Shown: positions 13,094-26,900 of the stretch, one piece after another
How the letters are laid out: every line of letters starts with the position of its first letter
How positions within the stretch are numbered: the stretch's first letter is position 1
Assembly: GCA_965178125.1 (NCBI GenBank)
Contig: OZ237756.1
Coordinates: 310,001 to 374,000 of the forward strand
Reading direction: 5' to 3'
Length of the DNA stretch: 64,000 bases
From: Bilabrum cf. latius
Taxonomy: Eukaryota
The notes under the pieces: generated by a model
The model's database searches: none
What the model was told of the DNA's origin: nothing
What the model saw: only the letters and a program-made list of their open reading frames with translations
Position numbers and translations under genes: made by a program

Positions 13094-16000
13094 ATGCCAA
13101 GGAGGAGCTAGCGAGTGCAGGGTGAAGCTTTGCACGGAGGCCGAGGCGCGAGCAGGTATAACCAAGACGCATCCAATGGCTTGCCTGCCAGCAGTCGCCG
13201 TCGAGGCGGCGGGAGCGGCAGCAGAGATGGCCGCAGCGATTCTAGTCTTGGCAATGGCAGTTTCCTGGAGGAGAAATCAGGAGGGGCACGGTCGAGGCGC
13301 ACTGGCGGGGCACTGCTGGCAGGGTCCATGGCAAGGGGAGGGATGGTGGAAAGCGGAACCAGCGGCACCGCGCGATCGCTGGCCGCCCTGCCGCCGCGCA
13401 AGCACGCACCTCTTGGTGATATTCCCGCCCACAGTGGAGGCGGGGGCAGGCACCATCGGAGCGTGGATGCACTGCACGATCGAAGCGGTGCAGGACGGGG
13501 TGCCCGCCACCCACCGGGGGGAATGCGGGGTCATAGGGGTTCATCGGGGGTCCCCCATGGTGGGGGCGGGGGCAAGATGGCGCGCATGTTCGAGGAGAAG
13601 AGGGCTAGGCACCACGGTGGGGGCGGGAGGGGACTCGGAGCCATAAATGCTCCGAGTGGCGGCGGGGGCCACAGGCACGGCACTCGTAGGAGCAGTAGGA
13701 CTGGAAACGGCTAGGGCTAGTTGGGGCGGCAGGGGCAGCAGCAGGCGCGGGGAAATCGTGGCGGTGGCAGGTCCAGCGGCCGAAGCAGTCGGAGAAGCAG
13801 CGCTGGCTCTGTCTCTGGCTCTGGCCAGCAGCACCAGCCAGCACCCCTGCCTGGTCTGATACCCTCCGCCCCGACCCCCTTGCCCGGTCTGATTCCTGCC
13901 ATGCCATCCCCCTTGCCTGGTCTCGTGCCCAGCACCACCCCCAAGGGCGGGCTGTTTAGCGGCGCAGCTGCGGAAGAGTCAATCGCACGGGGCGGCAAGG
14001 AGCAGGGGAAGAGCCGCCTTGAACATGCACCGAGCTAGGGTAGTGCGGGGGCCGGCAAGGAGCAGGGGAAGAGCCGCCTTGAACATGCACCGAGCTAGGG
14101 TAGTGCGGGGGCCGGCAAGGAGCAGGGGAAGAGCCGCCTTGAACATGCACCGAGCTAGGGTAGTGCGGGGGCCGGCAAGGAGCAGGGGAAGAGCCGCCTT
14201 GAACATGCACCGAGCTAGCGTAGTGCGGGGGCCGGCAGGGAGCAGGGGAAGAGCCGCCTTGAACATGCACCGAGCTAGGGTAGTGCGGGGGCCGGCAAGG
14301 AGCAGGGGAAGAACCGCCTTGAACATGCACCGAGCTAGCGTAGTGCGGGGGCCGGCAGGGAGCAGGGGAAGAACCGCCTTGAACATGCACCGAGCTAGGG
14401 TAGTGCGGGTGCAGGCAAGGAACCATCCAGACCCCATGGGCATGGCAGGAGGCCCAAGCTCGTCTCGCGGCTTGAGACGGATGCGCAGCAGCAGCCCAGT
14501 ACGGAGGAGGTACAACCGCACGCAGCACAACATACCAGAGCTGCAAATGGCCACAATGAAGCCAAGTCGACCGGTTCCAAGCCGAATGCCGCGGCCACTG
14601 CCACTGGCAAGCCTGCCGCACTCAGCGTGGACATCTCTGCGATTAAGGAGGGCACCAAAGCAGCCCTGGAGAAGCTGCGGCACACGCCCCTCATTCCCCC
14701 CTCCCCGAGTGCTGGAAGCAGTGGCCTCCTTGCAGGGTCGGCGAGGAAGAGCCCCACCAGCAGTCGGAGCATGGCGGCAGGCGGAAGTGGTCTCGTGGCG
14801 GGTGGTGGCAGGATGCTCGGGCAGATGACCAAGCGGCACTCGAGCCGAAACATGCTGGTTGGGTCATTTGCGGGCGCACTACAGGGCTCGCTGCAGACGT
14901 CGCGGCAGGGCAGTAGCGGGAGCAACGATGGTGTGACGAGTATTACGGCTGGGATCCTAAGCAGGGGCGATACCTCCTCATCCCCGCCCGCTGGCATTGC
15001 AGGCTCCAGATAGCCCACCACGTGCGGCGCGGTGGTGGCTCTGGCAACTGCGAGCCAGGAATCGGAGGATCGTGCTGGCGGTGTCCATGACATCAAGCAA
15101 TCAGGAAAGCCGCGTTAGATCCAGGTCAACCAGGGCGAGGAAGGTCGTCTGGCCAGTGGGGCAGGCGAGAGCCGTGCGAGAGCTGACAGGCCGCAAGACG
15201 AGCCGATCGGTAGTGCAGACAGGACCGAATTACAAGAGAAGGCACCAGCCAGGCCATCCACAGCCGCCGCAACTGCCGCTGCCCACCGTGCAGCAGCAGC
15301 CGCGCTGGCCGCCATGCTGAGCACGACCGGGGATCGGGATGGACATGCCTAGGACCAAGTAGTAGCAGGGGCAGGTGGGGTGAATGAGTGGGGCTTTGCA
15401 CGGGCAGATGGCGAAAACCAGGGTCGTGGTGACGAGGATGCCTATGCCAGTGGTGGTCAGCAGGCTGACCATACTCAGAACCATCAAGGGGGTGGATACG
15501 ACGGTTACCATTGGGACGATGCCTCCCAGCAGTGGTATGCGCAGGGGCAGGACGGGCAGTGGTACCCGGTGGATGCATCGCACGGTGGCATAGGGCGAGG
15601 AGCTGCCGCGCAGGAGGACGAGGGGGAGGACGAGGGGGAGTGGTACTACAAGGGGCACTCGTACGGGGCAACCCAGGTCCCTGCCAGCCTGTCCGACGAT
15701 CCAAGGTTCGGAGGATTCGAGGTAGTGCCTGACAAGCACCTCGCCCTTGGCGGTGATGGTGGTGGTGGTGGCGTCTCTACGAATGGGAAGGCCGTGCTGC
15801 CGGATATCGGCACCGAGTCGGGGACCATCACCGGCACCATGGTGGGGCACTCGGCCCGCGGCACGGCAGTGACTGGCGCGCTGTCAGTGGCCCGGTCGAG
15901 CGAGCACGGCAAGGTCGAGCCTTTGGGCGAGATTGGCGGGCATAGCGAAGGGCAAGACAGGGCAAGTTTTGCCAATGCAGGCGGAGGCTTCAGCCGGTCT

Positions 16001-19000
16001 AGTGACAGTGACGGTGGGGGCAGCTCGGTCGCTGACTCGAGGTCGCGGCGGTCTTCCGTGAGCAGCCATGTGACGAGTGCGTCGTCCATTGCCGGGTCCG
16101 TGTCGGGCGCGCTGTACACCGCAACTGGTCTGCGGGACGATTTCAGCGAGTATGGCGCGGACAATGATGATGATGATGATGAAGAGGACGACTGGATGGA
16201 GGCTGAGCCCGTGAGGAAGCACGGTCCATGGGGTACCTACTTGGACGAGGGCTCCGGCTAGGAGTACTACTACAACACGGATACCAAGGAGTCCACCTGG
16301 GTCGCGCCCTGTCTGGAGGTCATGGACCCGGCGAGCAGGGTGCTGCGGCAGGCAGCGCTCGTGATGACCAACCCGTACAGGCCTGGGGTGCCGCACCCGC
16401 TGAGTGCATGGACACCAGCCACTAGCCACGCAGCGTCCAAGCTCGCCGCCGGCTCTAGCCATGGAGCCTCGGGAGGCCTGGCACCCACACCCTCGGGGTC
16501 CGTCTTCCACGAGTGGCACAGGTATCTAGAGCCCAGCAGCATGGCCACTTACTACACGCAGCCAGCCCTACGGAAATCCACCTGGGACACCCCGCCTGGA
16601 TGGATGGAGGAACAGGCGGCCCAGCCTCCGTTGGCTGCATTTTGCCTGCCTCCGGATGGCGGTACAGAGGGACGGCGAGAGGGGAACAAAGCAAGGACCA
16701 CTGGACGAGATGGGACGGATGCTGGTGCCAGCACGAAGCTGCCTAGTGGAAGCAAGGGTGGATTCTTTGGTGAGGGTGAGCACCAGCTGAGGGAGGCCAT
16801 TGCGGGGCAGGCCGGGGTGGTGTGGCTGGCCTACCGCGACTTTGATAGCATGTGCCAGTACTTCGTGAGGGGGAGGGTGAAGGAATCATCCGTGCTCGCT
16901 GCGGCCGTGCTGCACCTGCTTGCGATCAGAGAGGGTGCCAGGGCATAGGTGAGGGTCAGGGAGCAGGCAGAGGCAACCGATGCGAAGAGCCTGGAGAACC
17001 CAGAGGAGCAGACCAGTGCAGAGGATACATCCAGAGCCGAGACAGATGCCGAGGCGCGGGAGGGTGAAGACAGCGGCAACGTGCATGTGGTGCTGGCCGA
17101 CGGCGAGACAGAGGCCTGCGAAGGGTGGTTCCGCAGCGGCGCCGCGATCGACGGGATGGACGTCCCTTTGCTCGCTGGACTTGGCCCTGCGCTGTGCGCT
17201 TGGCTGATGGAGCCGGTCCCGGGCGCGGAAGCGCAGTGGAGAGTACCCGAAGAAATCCAAGCGAAAGGCATGGCCAAAGCGGCTGAGGGGGCTGGTCTCA
17301 AGAGCAAGGACCAGATTGAGGAGGAGGAGCTGGCACTGGCCGCAGCAGGGGCAGGGGACGGCGAGGACATGGATGGGACGGAGGGTGCGGTAGGCATCAC
17401 CGAGGGTGAAGAGCCTGACAAAGAGGACGACGATGGGGGCAAATGCATCGCTTTCGTGTCGGGCTGGCAGGTATTCGAGCTGCAAGGGGGCCAGCTGTAC
17501 TACTAGACGGTGGATGAAACAGGCGATATCAAGAGCCAGTGGGAGGTGCCAGAGGATGTGGAGCAGGCCGGGGAGGACGAGTGGGTGCTTGAAGACGACC
17601 TGGAGGATGCCTTCGGCCAGGCAGGCAGTGTGGCGGCTGGAAGTGTTGGGCTTGGTGATGACAGCGATAGTGACGGCGAAGACGAGGGTGGCAGTGACAG
17701 CGATAGTCACGGCGAGCCTGGTCGCGACAGTGTGGGCGAGAAAGCTGCATCAGTTGGGAATGACGGCGGCAGTGTTTTGGCGGTAGACGAAGGCAATGCC
17801 GATCGGTCGACTGGCCCAGCAGGCATTGGCCAGGGTGCGCAGGCCCGCGATGGGCTAGACACGGGTACGGCCGAGCCATCTTCGCTGTAGCACGACTCAA
17901 GGGCAGGGACGGTCGCTTCGACGCCCGGATCTACAGCTCGCGAGCGGGTGTGGCACGGGCATCCAGAGGACGAGGATGCAGTAGACTAGGGCAGTGAGGG
18001 GTTCACCAGTGCAGGGGATGGCGAGGCCCGGGTTGGTGATACTGATCAGGCCTAGTCTTCTGGCGAAGCAGTTGCGAGCTAGGAGCGATCAGCAAAACCT
18101 CAGCCTGCTGCAGATCTCGGCGCTTCTGGTATCGCTGGATCAGCTGCCACTGGCAGTGGTATGACTAGCGTGCCAGCCTCGCAAGATGCTGTGATTTCCG
18201 CTTCGTCTATCGCAGCTTCTGTCGTTTCATCTGCTGCTGCAGTTGCCTCGCCTAGCAAAGGCGCGGCCAAGCCAGCGCGAGTGGGTATGCATGCCGCCGC
18301 AAACAATCCGACCGGAGTTGCCCAGTCCTTAGCATCTGAGCCAGCCGCGTCGGGTACTTCGACGGCTGGGGGAGGCAGTAGCGAGGAACAGTCTAAAGCC
18401 TAGAAGGACGAGGAACTGTCTAAAGTCTAGGAGGACGAGGTCCGGTCTCCCGAGCATCAGGCAGCTACAAGTAACCCGGGTGGGGCTCATGCAGGACTTG
18501 TAGGTGGCGGTGTGGCTGCTGTGGCCGCAGGGACATCAGCTGGCAGTGATGCTGCGTTGGATGGCGACGATGAGGCGATGGCAGTGCTGGCAGCAGCGCA
18601 CGGTGCTCTCCAGAGACATGCATCGATCAACAGTGAACCCATGAGCGCAGCCGCTGATTTGGGGGCACCTGCTGTGGAGCAGACCGAGAAGATTGACGGG
18701 CGACGTGGGGCTGGGATGGGTGGGCAAAGTGGGACTGGGACGGGAGGGCATGCGCCAAAAGGGCGAAATGCATCTTCGCCCGAGGAGCACGCCGCATCGC
18801 CCACGAATCAGGCGGCACCTTCGCCGAAGCCCAAGGAGCACGCAGCCTTATCTCCGAAGCAGGCCGATATCCGAACCGCGGAAGACAATGCAGCGCGTGC
18901 AGCACGCATCAAGGCCCGCAACGAGGCGCACGAGAAAAAGCTTGCTGCGCGGAACGCTAAAGCGCATGGACCACAAGAGGGGCGTGCCCGTGGCAACGGA

Positions 19001-21445
19001 GCCCCCAAAGGCAAAGAAAGGACCAGTCGGAATCGTGCTGCGCGGAACACGCGCAACAAGCAAAATGGAAACAACGAATCCTCGGAGCATGGCAAGGCCG
19101 AAGCAGTGACTAGTAAGGGTCGCCGCACCCAAATAAAGGATAGTGCCAACCACAAAGGCAGTCGTAAAGGAGCAGCCAAAGCTGCCAAAGCCAGCCGTGC
19201 CCCCCGGCCTCCTGCCCCGCCCTCTGGCCCGCCCCTCCCCTCTCTGGTGCCACCATCAGCAGTTGAGATAGCTGCCCAGTCACAGATGGCTGCGGCCATG
19301 CTCATGTCGCCGACACAGGGGCCTGGCACCGGCGCGAGCGCAGCTGCTGCTGAGACACCCGGCGGACACAGCGTCGGCACGGGAGGAGTGGCAGGCGGGT
19401 CCGCTGGCATCAGTACGCCAGGTACAGCCACATCAATCGTGTTCAAGGGATTTCCAGCCACTCCTGCGGGACCTCCCACCAGTCGATCCACCGGATCGAA
19501 ATCGCTCGCGAGTGCAGAGCAGCCAGGGGACAGCAGCGGTGCCGTTCCGTCCGGCTCCACCACCTCCAACCAGACTGGCACTTAGCCGGTACCAGCTGAT
19601 GCAGATGCTACATCAGATGGGCCTACTAGTACCAAGACCAAATCGAAGATTTAGGTCTCGCGTGGGAAAACGGGTGAATCGTCGGACGCAGACGGCGATC
19701 CTACCACTGACTTGTCGGCTAAGAGTGCCCTGTCGGGGCCACTGGGCATCAGCGCTGTCGGTGGCATTCGCGGAGACGCGCCATATGCTTCAAGCGGAAC
19801 TGGCGCCGCGCCATCTGCAGCGGTAGATCTGCCGGACACGTCAGCCATCCTCAAGGCGATCCAGGCGCAGCAGCAGGCCACGGCCGAGTTTGTGGCAGCA
19901 GGCGGCGAGGCACTGAATGGCGGCAAGGGGAGTGGGGACCCACGTGCAGAAGCCGGTGCAGCGGACCCGGACGCGGCCAGCAAAGCGCTCGCAGGTCTCC
20001 TAGGGGCACAGCCGGCCGCTCCGAAGCCCAAGCCGATGAGTCTGGCCGCCCGTCGTCGCATACTTAAGGAGAAGCAGAGGGCGGAACGGCGGAAGCAGCT
20101 GGAGGCGGAAGGAGGCGGGTATGCGGCGTATGGCATGCAGGCGGGGATCGGGCTGGGGCTTGGGATCATGGGGTTGGCTCCCAAGAGGAAGAGAGCGGAT
20201 TTGTCGTAGGAAGAAGAAAAGAAGGCGGAGGAAGATGGTCACGAGCATGATGCGAAGACGCAAGAGGATAAAGAGGCGAAGTCAGGTGATGCTGCAGCCG
20301 AAGAAGACAGCAAGGCTGTCGCAACCAGTCAAGAGGACGAGAGTAAGCAGGAGGACAAGAGGAAGCAGGAGGGTCTCAAGCAGCGGCTGGCCGCACTGCG
20401 TCAGAAGAAGAAGGAGCAGGAGGAGGCCCAGAGGAGCAGGCAAGGCGAATAGGATGACGAACATGCTGGAGGGGACGGGGGCAGGGGGGCCAAGCCCGCC
20501 GACAAGAAGAGGCAGCGAGCCAGCTTGGATCGACTGGCGGCCATGTGCGGGCTGTCGGTCAAGCACCTCAGAGAGCAAATCACCGGCAAGGGGGGCTCTC
20601 CTCTCAAATGGGTGCAGGCGTACCTCAAGCGGGTCAGGGCCCAGCGAGCTACGGTGCAGAGGCGATTGGCCAAAGCGAAGGAGGAAGTTTAGGAAGCGGC
20701 CGTTGCAGCACAGGGTGCATCTTCTTCTTCTATTTCTGAAGGCGGTGCAGATCCTGCTTATGACGCGCGGCGCCGTGTGGAAGAGCTGCAGGGAGCCCAC
20801 ACGCGGCTGGTTGGGATCGTGGGTGCTCTCGAGTCGTGGGAGCAGGAGGAGAGGGAGGCCATGCGGGCTGAGAGGCAGGCCATCCAGGCTGCGATGAATC
20901 GACGGGCGAGTGTCGCTGAAGACGAACAGAAGAAGAAGAGGGAGAGGATCAGGAAGGAAAGGGAACGGAGGAAGAAAGCCAAGGAGAAGAGGCAGAAGCA
21001 GAGGGGACAGGGCGGGTCTGGAGCCAGAAGCAGGGCGCCGTCGAGGAGCACCAGCCGGAGGGCGAGCATGGCGGGCGGGTCACCATCGGTGTCGCCTGCG
21101 GTGCTCAAGGCCCCGCCTGCATCAACCAAGGGGAGCAAGCTCGCCCCGCTGGCGGGCGGCTCTGGGGCACACTACTAGTAGGCTTAGGCGACTGCGACTG
21201 CTGCAGGCACGCGTAGCTACACAGGCCGAGCTGGCAGCACTGAGCTTCCCAAGGAGTCTGTCGGGACGCCAGCACTTGGGCCAGTGCGTGGATCGAAGCC
21301 TCATAATGACTTGGTGTCGGAAACTCCTACGAGACATCGCATAAATGGCATAGGAGGCGGGCAAGGCGACGAGCGGGGGGATACATTGGAGCCAGCATCG
21401 TCTGCTGAGAAAGCTCGTCGAGATGCCAGGAAGCTATTGGACTGA
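13094..21445 (+). CDS. very large low-complexity protein with WW-like modules, about 2783 aa
   Basis: Eleven track ORFs (13115, 13721, 14627, 15380, 16322, 16949, 17510, 18161, 18512, 19712, 20777) are all in one frame separated by TAG, from ATG 13094 to TGA 21443. WW-like segments include WGTYLDEGSG[Q]EYYYNTDTKESTWVAP and WHRYLEPSSMATYYTQPALRKSTWDTP; the C-terminus is coiled-coil. Confidence 0.75.
13993..14420 (+). repeat. 60-bp coding tandem repeat, about 7 copies
   Basis: Unit GGCAAGGAGCAGGGGAAGAGCCGCCTTGAACATGCACCGAGCTAGGGTAGTGCGGGGGCC encodes GKEQGKSRLEHAPS[Q]GSAGA in the long ORF frame, with one TAG per unit. Confidence 0.95.
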
Positions 21446-21682
21446 CTCGCACAACAACTAGTTATGTATTAACCATCGGTTCGATCATTGGCACCAACTC
21501 CATCCGGAACCGTTCGTCGGTTTCATGTTTCCCGGCTCCTCAACACTTAATACACACGAGCATTCAATAAATTCGCTGCTGCTCTTACGTTAGGATTCGA
21601 TCGGCCCTATCTCTTTGCTTATTCAGCTACAAACCGTGCAGGGCTTTACTGGTTGCTTGTAAAGTTGCTGCCGTGTTTAGAG

Positions 21683-22779
21683 ATGATGGACATGAACAGC
21701 ACAGGCATGATGATGGGAGGGATGGCAATGACATTTTATAGCTCTATAGACGCAACAATTCTATTCGACAATTGGAAGACTCATACCGTCGGGCAGTACA
21801 TCGGAGCGCTGGTGGCTGTGATGCTGATGGGGCTTGGAAGGCAAGCTCTCGTTTGGGCTCGGAAGCAGTTGCCAAGCTGGGTGGCAAGTGGATATTTCAC
21901 ATTATGTGGTGGCGAAGATTCGTTCTACCCGCTGGCTTCAAGGCCATTGACGTACGGCACTACGCCGAAGGCAACCGACGGCGGCGCTGAGCCGTGCTGC
22001 TGCGACGAGAGCGCCGACCACAATGTAACTGTCCGCTCTGGAGGGAGTGACGACGACAATAAATCCGATGAATCAGCCACCGGCATGCCGTCGGCGGCAG
22101 GCCGTAGCCGGGAGACATCAGTGCTCTCGATTGAAGTCTCGACGGTCAACAGCGACGGCATCGTGGCACGCGGGGTCCACAAGGGATACCGTGACGCGGA
22201 AATCACCGCGGGATAGGAGAACAAATCTGTCGGTTCCAGCTTGTAGTATGCCAACCAGGCCGGCCAAACGCAGGCCAGCCTGGGGGGTGCTCGCTGCGCG
22301 GGCGGCAGGCTCGCAAATCCCATGCAGGTGCTTCGCTCTCGGCCGCAACTGCTAGCATGGCTGCGGGCTGCGGACGCTCTGCTGCACACGATCGTGACTG
22401 CAGTTGCGTTTTTGAACATGCTGGTAGCCATGAGTGAGAGAGAGAATCGCTGCTTGCCTGCTATGCCGGTCACCTTGTGAACTGTCGCAAAGTTTGGACG
22501 TCCGCCTTCAACCCCTTTTTGCATGGATTCGTTTGCATGATTGCGCCTCAGTCTCACGCGAATGTATCCCTCATTTTACCAGTTCCATCCTTCCCCCTCT
22601 CTCGTCCTGGTCAACACAACGCAGCTTACAATGCCGGTCTGTTTACCGCCGTGTGCGTGGGGGAGGGCTTGGGGTACTACGTGTTCTCCCCTTTCGTGTT
22701 GGTGCAGTGGGACGGGAGCAAGGTGCAGCAGGCTGCGCTGGAAGAGATCGAGGACCAGGCCAGGAGCGGGTGCCACTGA
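21683..22779 (+). CDS. Ctr/SLC31 copper transporter, one intron (about 22435-22624)
   Basis: Met-rich N-terminus (MMDMNSTGMMMGGMAMTF), ILFDNW...GQYIGAL, MxxxM motif (NMLVAM|TYN) across a GT-AG intron and GEGLGY. It contains in-frame TAGs near 22214 and 22244. Confidence 0.88.
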
Positions 22780-23256
22780 GATTAGGATGGCACCATTTCG
22801 ATTGGTTTGCGCGGCTTGCATTGTTGAATCGGCTCGCTACGGCTAGCCAGCCGCATTCTGCTTGTATCTTGTATTTTTGGACTGCTTACATTTGGCGCAG
22901 CCTATTTCAAATAATTGTATATTTATAATGTGTCAACTGAGTGATTCACATCCCCAATTCACAGACGGCTGCAGCCTACCAGAATAGTTGCCGCAGGAGC
23001 TACCTATCACGAAGTTGTCAGAAAATAGAATATAATGTGTGCAGACACGTTCAACTTTTGATTGGGGAACAGCTGTTACCATAGAACGCCTGTTACCAAA
23101 CATTGACCAAGTGCAACTGCAAGTCCATGTCTTGAGATCTTACCCTGGGCATGCATGTGGGAATCACAGGCGATCAGTGGATAGTACATGCTAAGAATTA
23201 TTGTACAATCCAACTGTCATATCAATTTCATGGCAATTGAGATGCAAACCAGTCCA

Positions 23257-23676
23257 TCAAGCGAAAGCGCCGGGGTGCAGTGCGGCTGCAACCAGAAATG
23301 TACCGACACCAAACAGAATGAGAGCAGCTTCCACATGTAGTCGGCCAGATGAATTGCCGATCTGCGAGCCGGCTTCCGCGCCGTCTCCCCCGTATGGTGC
23401 GTTCCCGTAGGTAAGCATCAACCCGTCTAGAACGCTCGCAGAGCCGATAATGAGCGCGATAGAGGGCAGTACCTCGCCCTTTGACAGATTCATGCTCTTC
23501 GCTACGAGCCAAATGGTGGGGTATGTTGTGGCAGCGACTCCAGCGTATATCAGTGGCAGTTGTCGGCAGCCGGCGTGCATGCACGGCTTCAACGCCCCCA
23601 GCAAGCGGGCAACTCCGTACCAGATCGGCACACCTGCTGCTAGTGAAATAGCAGTCTTGCTTGCATCCAGCGGCAT
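23257..23676 (-). CDS. small integral membrane protein, 139 aa
   Basis: ATG-to-TGA ORF with about 4 hydrophobic segments; no family recognised with confidence. Confidence 0.55.
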   Translation of the reverse strand: MPLDASKTAISLAAGVPIWYGVARLLGALKPCMHAGCRQLPLIYAGVAATTYPTIWLVAKSMNLSKGEVLPSIALIIGSASVLDGLMLTYGNAPYGGDGAEAGSQIGNSSGRLHVEAALILFGVGTFLVAAALHPGAFA

Positions 23677-23933
23677 TTTGCTTCTGTTGCAGTGCGTGTG
23701 TGGCTTTCAAGTGTCGGGAATATTGCTTGTAGTGCCATGCGGGAATGATCGGATCAGTGATCACACGTGGATTTGGCTCCGGACCACACCGATACTTGGT
23801 CCGGACTCCGGATTCGCAAGCATATTCTTTATTGAATGGAACTAAATGTGTCAAATCAGACCAGTCGCTAATGCCCCACATCAACGTGTACCTTACTTAC
23901 GCACGCGCGCACACGCTATTGCACATCATGATG

Positions 23934-26900
23934 TCATTCTTCCTATTTGGCCTCCCCGAGCGTCGGGCTGGGCTGCAGACGGATTCGCTTGCGTAGTAGC
24001 TACGCACCTGCGCTCGCACGCAATGCTAGCAGCTCTGCTGCCGACCTGTGGTGCCAGTCGGCTTTGCGAGAGCATTCGCCCTAATGGTCGTAAATGGGCC
24101 CACCTGTTGATCCTTTGGCCCATGGGAATCCACACAGCCAACAAAAGTGCGTGTGACAGTCCATGCATGTCATGTGGTTGCATCCACTAAACCTCCAGAT
24201 GGGCTTGCTGCAATCTGGATTCGCGCACTGCCGGATATCGAGGTTGTTGGTCTGCCTGGCTTCATCCGTGGCCTTTGATAGTTCTTGGTGGCGCTGCCAC
24301 AGCTCAGCTGTTGTGCATGGTCCGACATGCAGCTTATCACCGAACGATCCGCACTTTAAGCACCAAGAAGCTGCGGGGCAGCCTTTCTTCATGCATCTGC
24401 CCTCATGCGGCTTGATCTACCCATGGGCACGTCCATCTTCACAGCAGGCAAGGGGAGGCAGGATCGAAACGCAGTCGCACCCATCAACGGGGCAGCGAAG
24501 CAGGCGCTGGCAAAACGATTGCACAGCAGTTTGTGCCGCGAGACGCTCCTCGCTATCATCTCGCGATGGTCCCGCGGCGCTTGCATGTGCAGCGCCGAAA
24601 GCACCACCGCTCGGATCCCCACCACCGTCTCCATCACCAATGTCCTGGATCAGACCCAGTGGCAGGTACGCCGTCTTGTCGTTCGTCGCAGCCGCCAGAA
24701 CGCGTGCTGCGCACTGTCCCACCGACGACGGCCCGATGCAGTCTACCAAGACACCCAACGGTATCGGCTTGCCTTGGAATCTACCTTCGAATCCAGGGAC
24801 CTCAACTGCAACCTTCGTTGCTGTGTCGAGTTCTTGAACATGTACCCCTACCTGGTTTGCGAGAACCTTCAGAGCCATGTCATTGAGGCCCGCCCGAGTT
24901 CCAAGAACGGCTGCTGCCGCTGCTCCCGTGCCCTCAGATGCCGATGAGCCCCTTGCAAGGCTGCTCACAAACACGTTCGGAGTGGTGGTCCCATCGCCAA
25001 AGACGATCAGTCGCATATCTTGCTTGCCAACAGATTCATACGATATAGCGCACATCTCCTGATCCGACTCGTCAGCAGACCCACCACTTGTTCCGGCTGC
25101 CTGCGCGGCGGCCTATTTGAGCAACAGCTCAAGGAGGGCCGCACGTGCCCGCTCCACATGCCCTCGGTCCCTATCAGTAAATGCAACGGATAGCGTGCCT
25201 CGATCGCGTATGATCTGAACACGGATCCCACTAACGTCAGGTGCGGCAGCCAAGGCATCAGCCAACGCCAACGCGGCGGGTGCTGCGGGTGCTCCTCCAG
25301 GGCGTTGGCGCGATGTATCCGGATGCCGTTTGGCTTGCCATATGCTCTTCTGACCAAGAACGAATCGAGCAGGATCCCTGTTCTCGATCTGGCTAACGAG
25401 GGCCAGGGGATGCGCTCTCGAGATTGACCTGAGCTGCGCGGCCGCCCGTGCCGGGAGTTCGCCCTCCGTCACGACCGCCCTATACGGATCCGGGGCAGTG
25501 CGCACGGCTTCGATCGCCTCTGCAGTGAACAGCAGCAGGTTATCACGAAGTCCAATCGCTGCCAATCCGCACCTGCGAGCACTCTCCGGCCCTCCCACAC
25601 CTGCGCCCCTTCTCTTATCTTCTACCACAAACACCTTGTGCTTCTTTCCAATTGCCTGAAGCTGTTGGGTCATCGCACCGCCCTGCACCTTCTGTATCAC
25701 CTATTGCATGCGGAGACTACTTGAAGTAGACAGCAACCTCGCAACGTCGATTCCTTCCGTGGCTGATTTGATCCGGGCAGCAACACGGTCTAGGCCCTGA
25801 GCACTCTGGGTGACTGCACACAGCTAGGTTTGCCCGGCCTGGTCGTTGCCCTTGAGCACCAGCGGTGTTCGGAACCAAGCGCTGAAGTGCCCCTATCGTG
25901 CAAGGCCAGGCAGCTAGCGAAATAGGGCAAGTGGTACAGGGTCAGCCTCCCTGTCGCTCTTCAACAGTGTGCATAGCACATAATGGGCGTTGTTTGATGC
26001 CTTAGTGTCCACGTTGCCGGCCAGAAGGTGGAAGGCCTGGGCTCGTAGCTGGCTGCCCGGAAGCATGGATGACAGCTGCAAGTTGCTCGACCTGGCTGAA
26101 AGCACGAGCTAGCCGGCACTAGTGGCATCTCTTAGCATTACTTCAACCGTCGATATCCCGGTGGAATCGTCTGGATGACCCCACTCAGGCTCCCCTACGA
26201 CCCCACCTGCGCTGCTGAGAATGCTCTCAAGCCGGACAAAGTCCATCAGAAGCTCATTGTTCGACTCAAGGTGAGCGCTACCCGTTGATTTGGTCGCTCC
26301 AGCTGCCCCTGCACCGCTTCGTGCTGGCAACTTGTATGCGTTCCGTACGGGTATTTTCGTAGGCTTGGCAGACCTACTCGTAGCAGCACCAACACAGCTA
26401 GACACAAAGTCTTCAAGCTAACGCCGAACATCCGCGTCCGAATACTTGGTATATTTCGCAGGGGGCGTGACTACCATTGTTCGCTTCTGGTGATCACCTT
26501 TGGGAGGCCTGTTCCCAAAGAATGTGAACTTGAATGGGCCAACGATCCTGCTTGGTTGCGCTGCTGAAGGAATGAACCTTGCGGCCACTTCCAGCGAAGT
26601 AAAGTCAACCCTGAACGCGAGCTGCTTGCCCAGCCGCTTTAGTGACGAGATATGCTGAGCTGCGCTACCTGCGCTCTCTGTCGCAGCGGACTGTTGCGGC
26701 CGTTGTGGAACCCCCAATATTCTCTGCAGCGCGACCTCAGCTGCATTGCGGATGATTTCGGGAGGAGCCAGCTCGGACGGATCCTGCACACGCCAAGCCG
26801 GTTTCATAACCACTTGCAGGCCAGTTGTATCCTTCTTGTTGGGGATGACTAAGAACCGATGCTCGCCAACACTGATTTCGAGCAAGCGAAGCAGAGCTCG

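Noticed and set aside
13993-14420. CRISPR-like array (also considered for 50361-51069 and 31868-31933)
   Set aside because: These are head-to-tail tandem repeats without unique spacers, there are no cas genes, and the context is eukaryotic.
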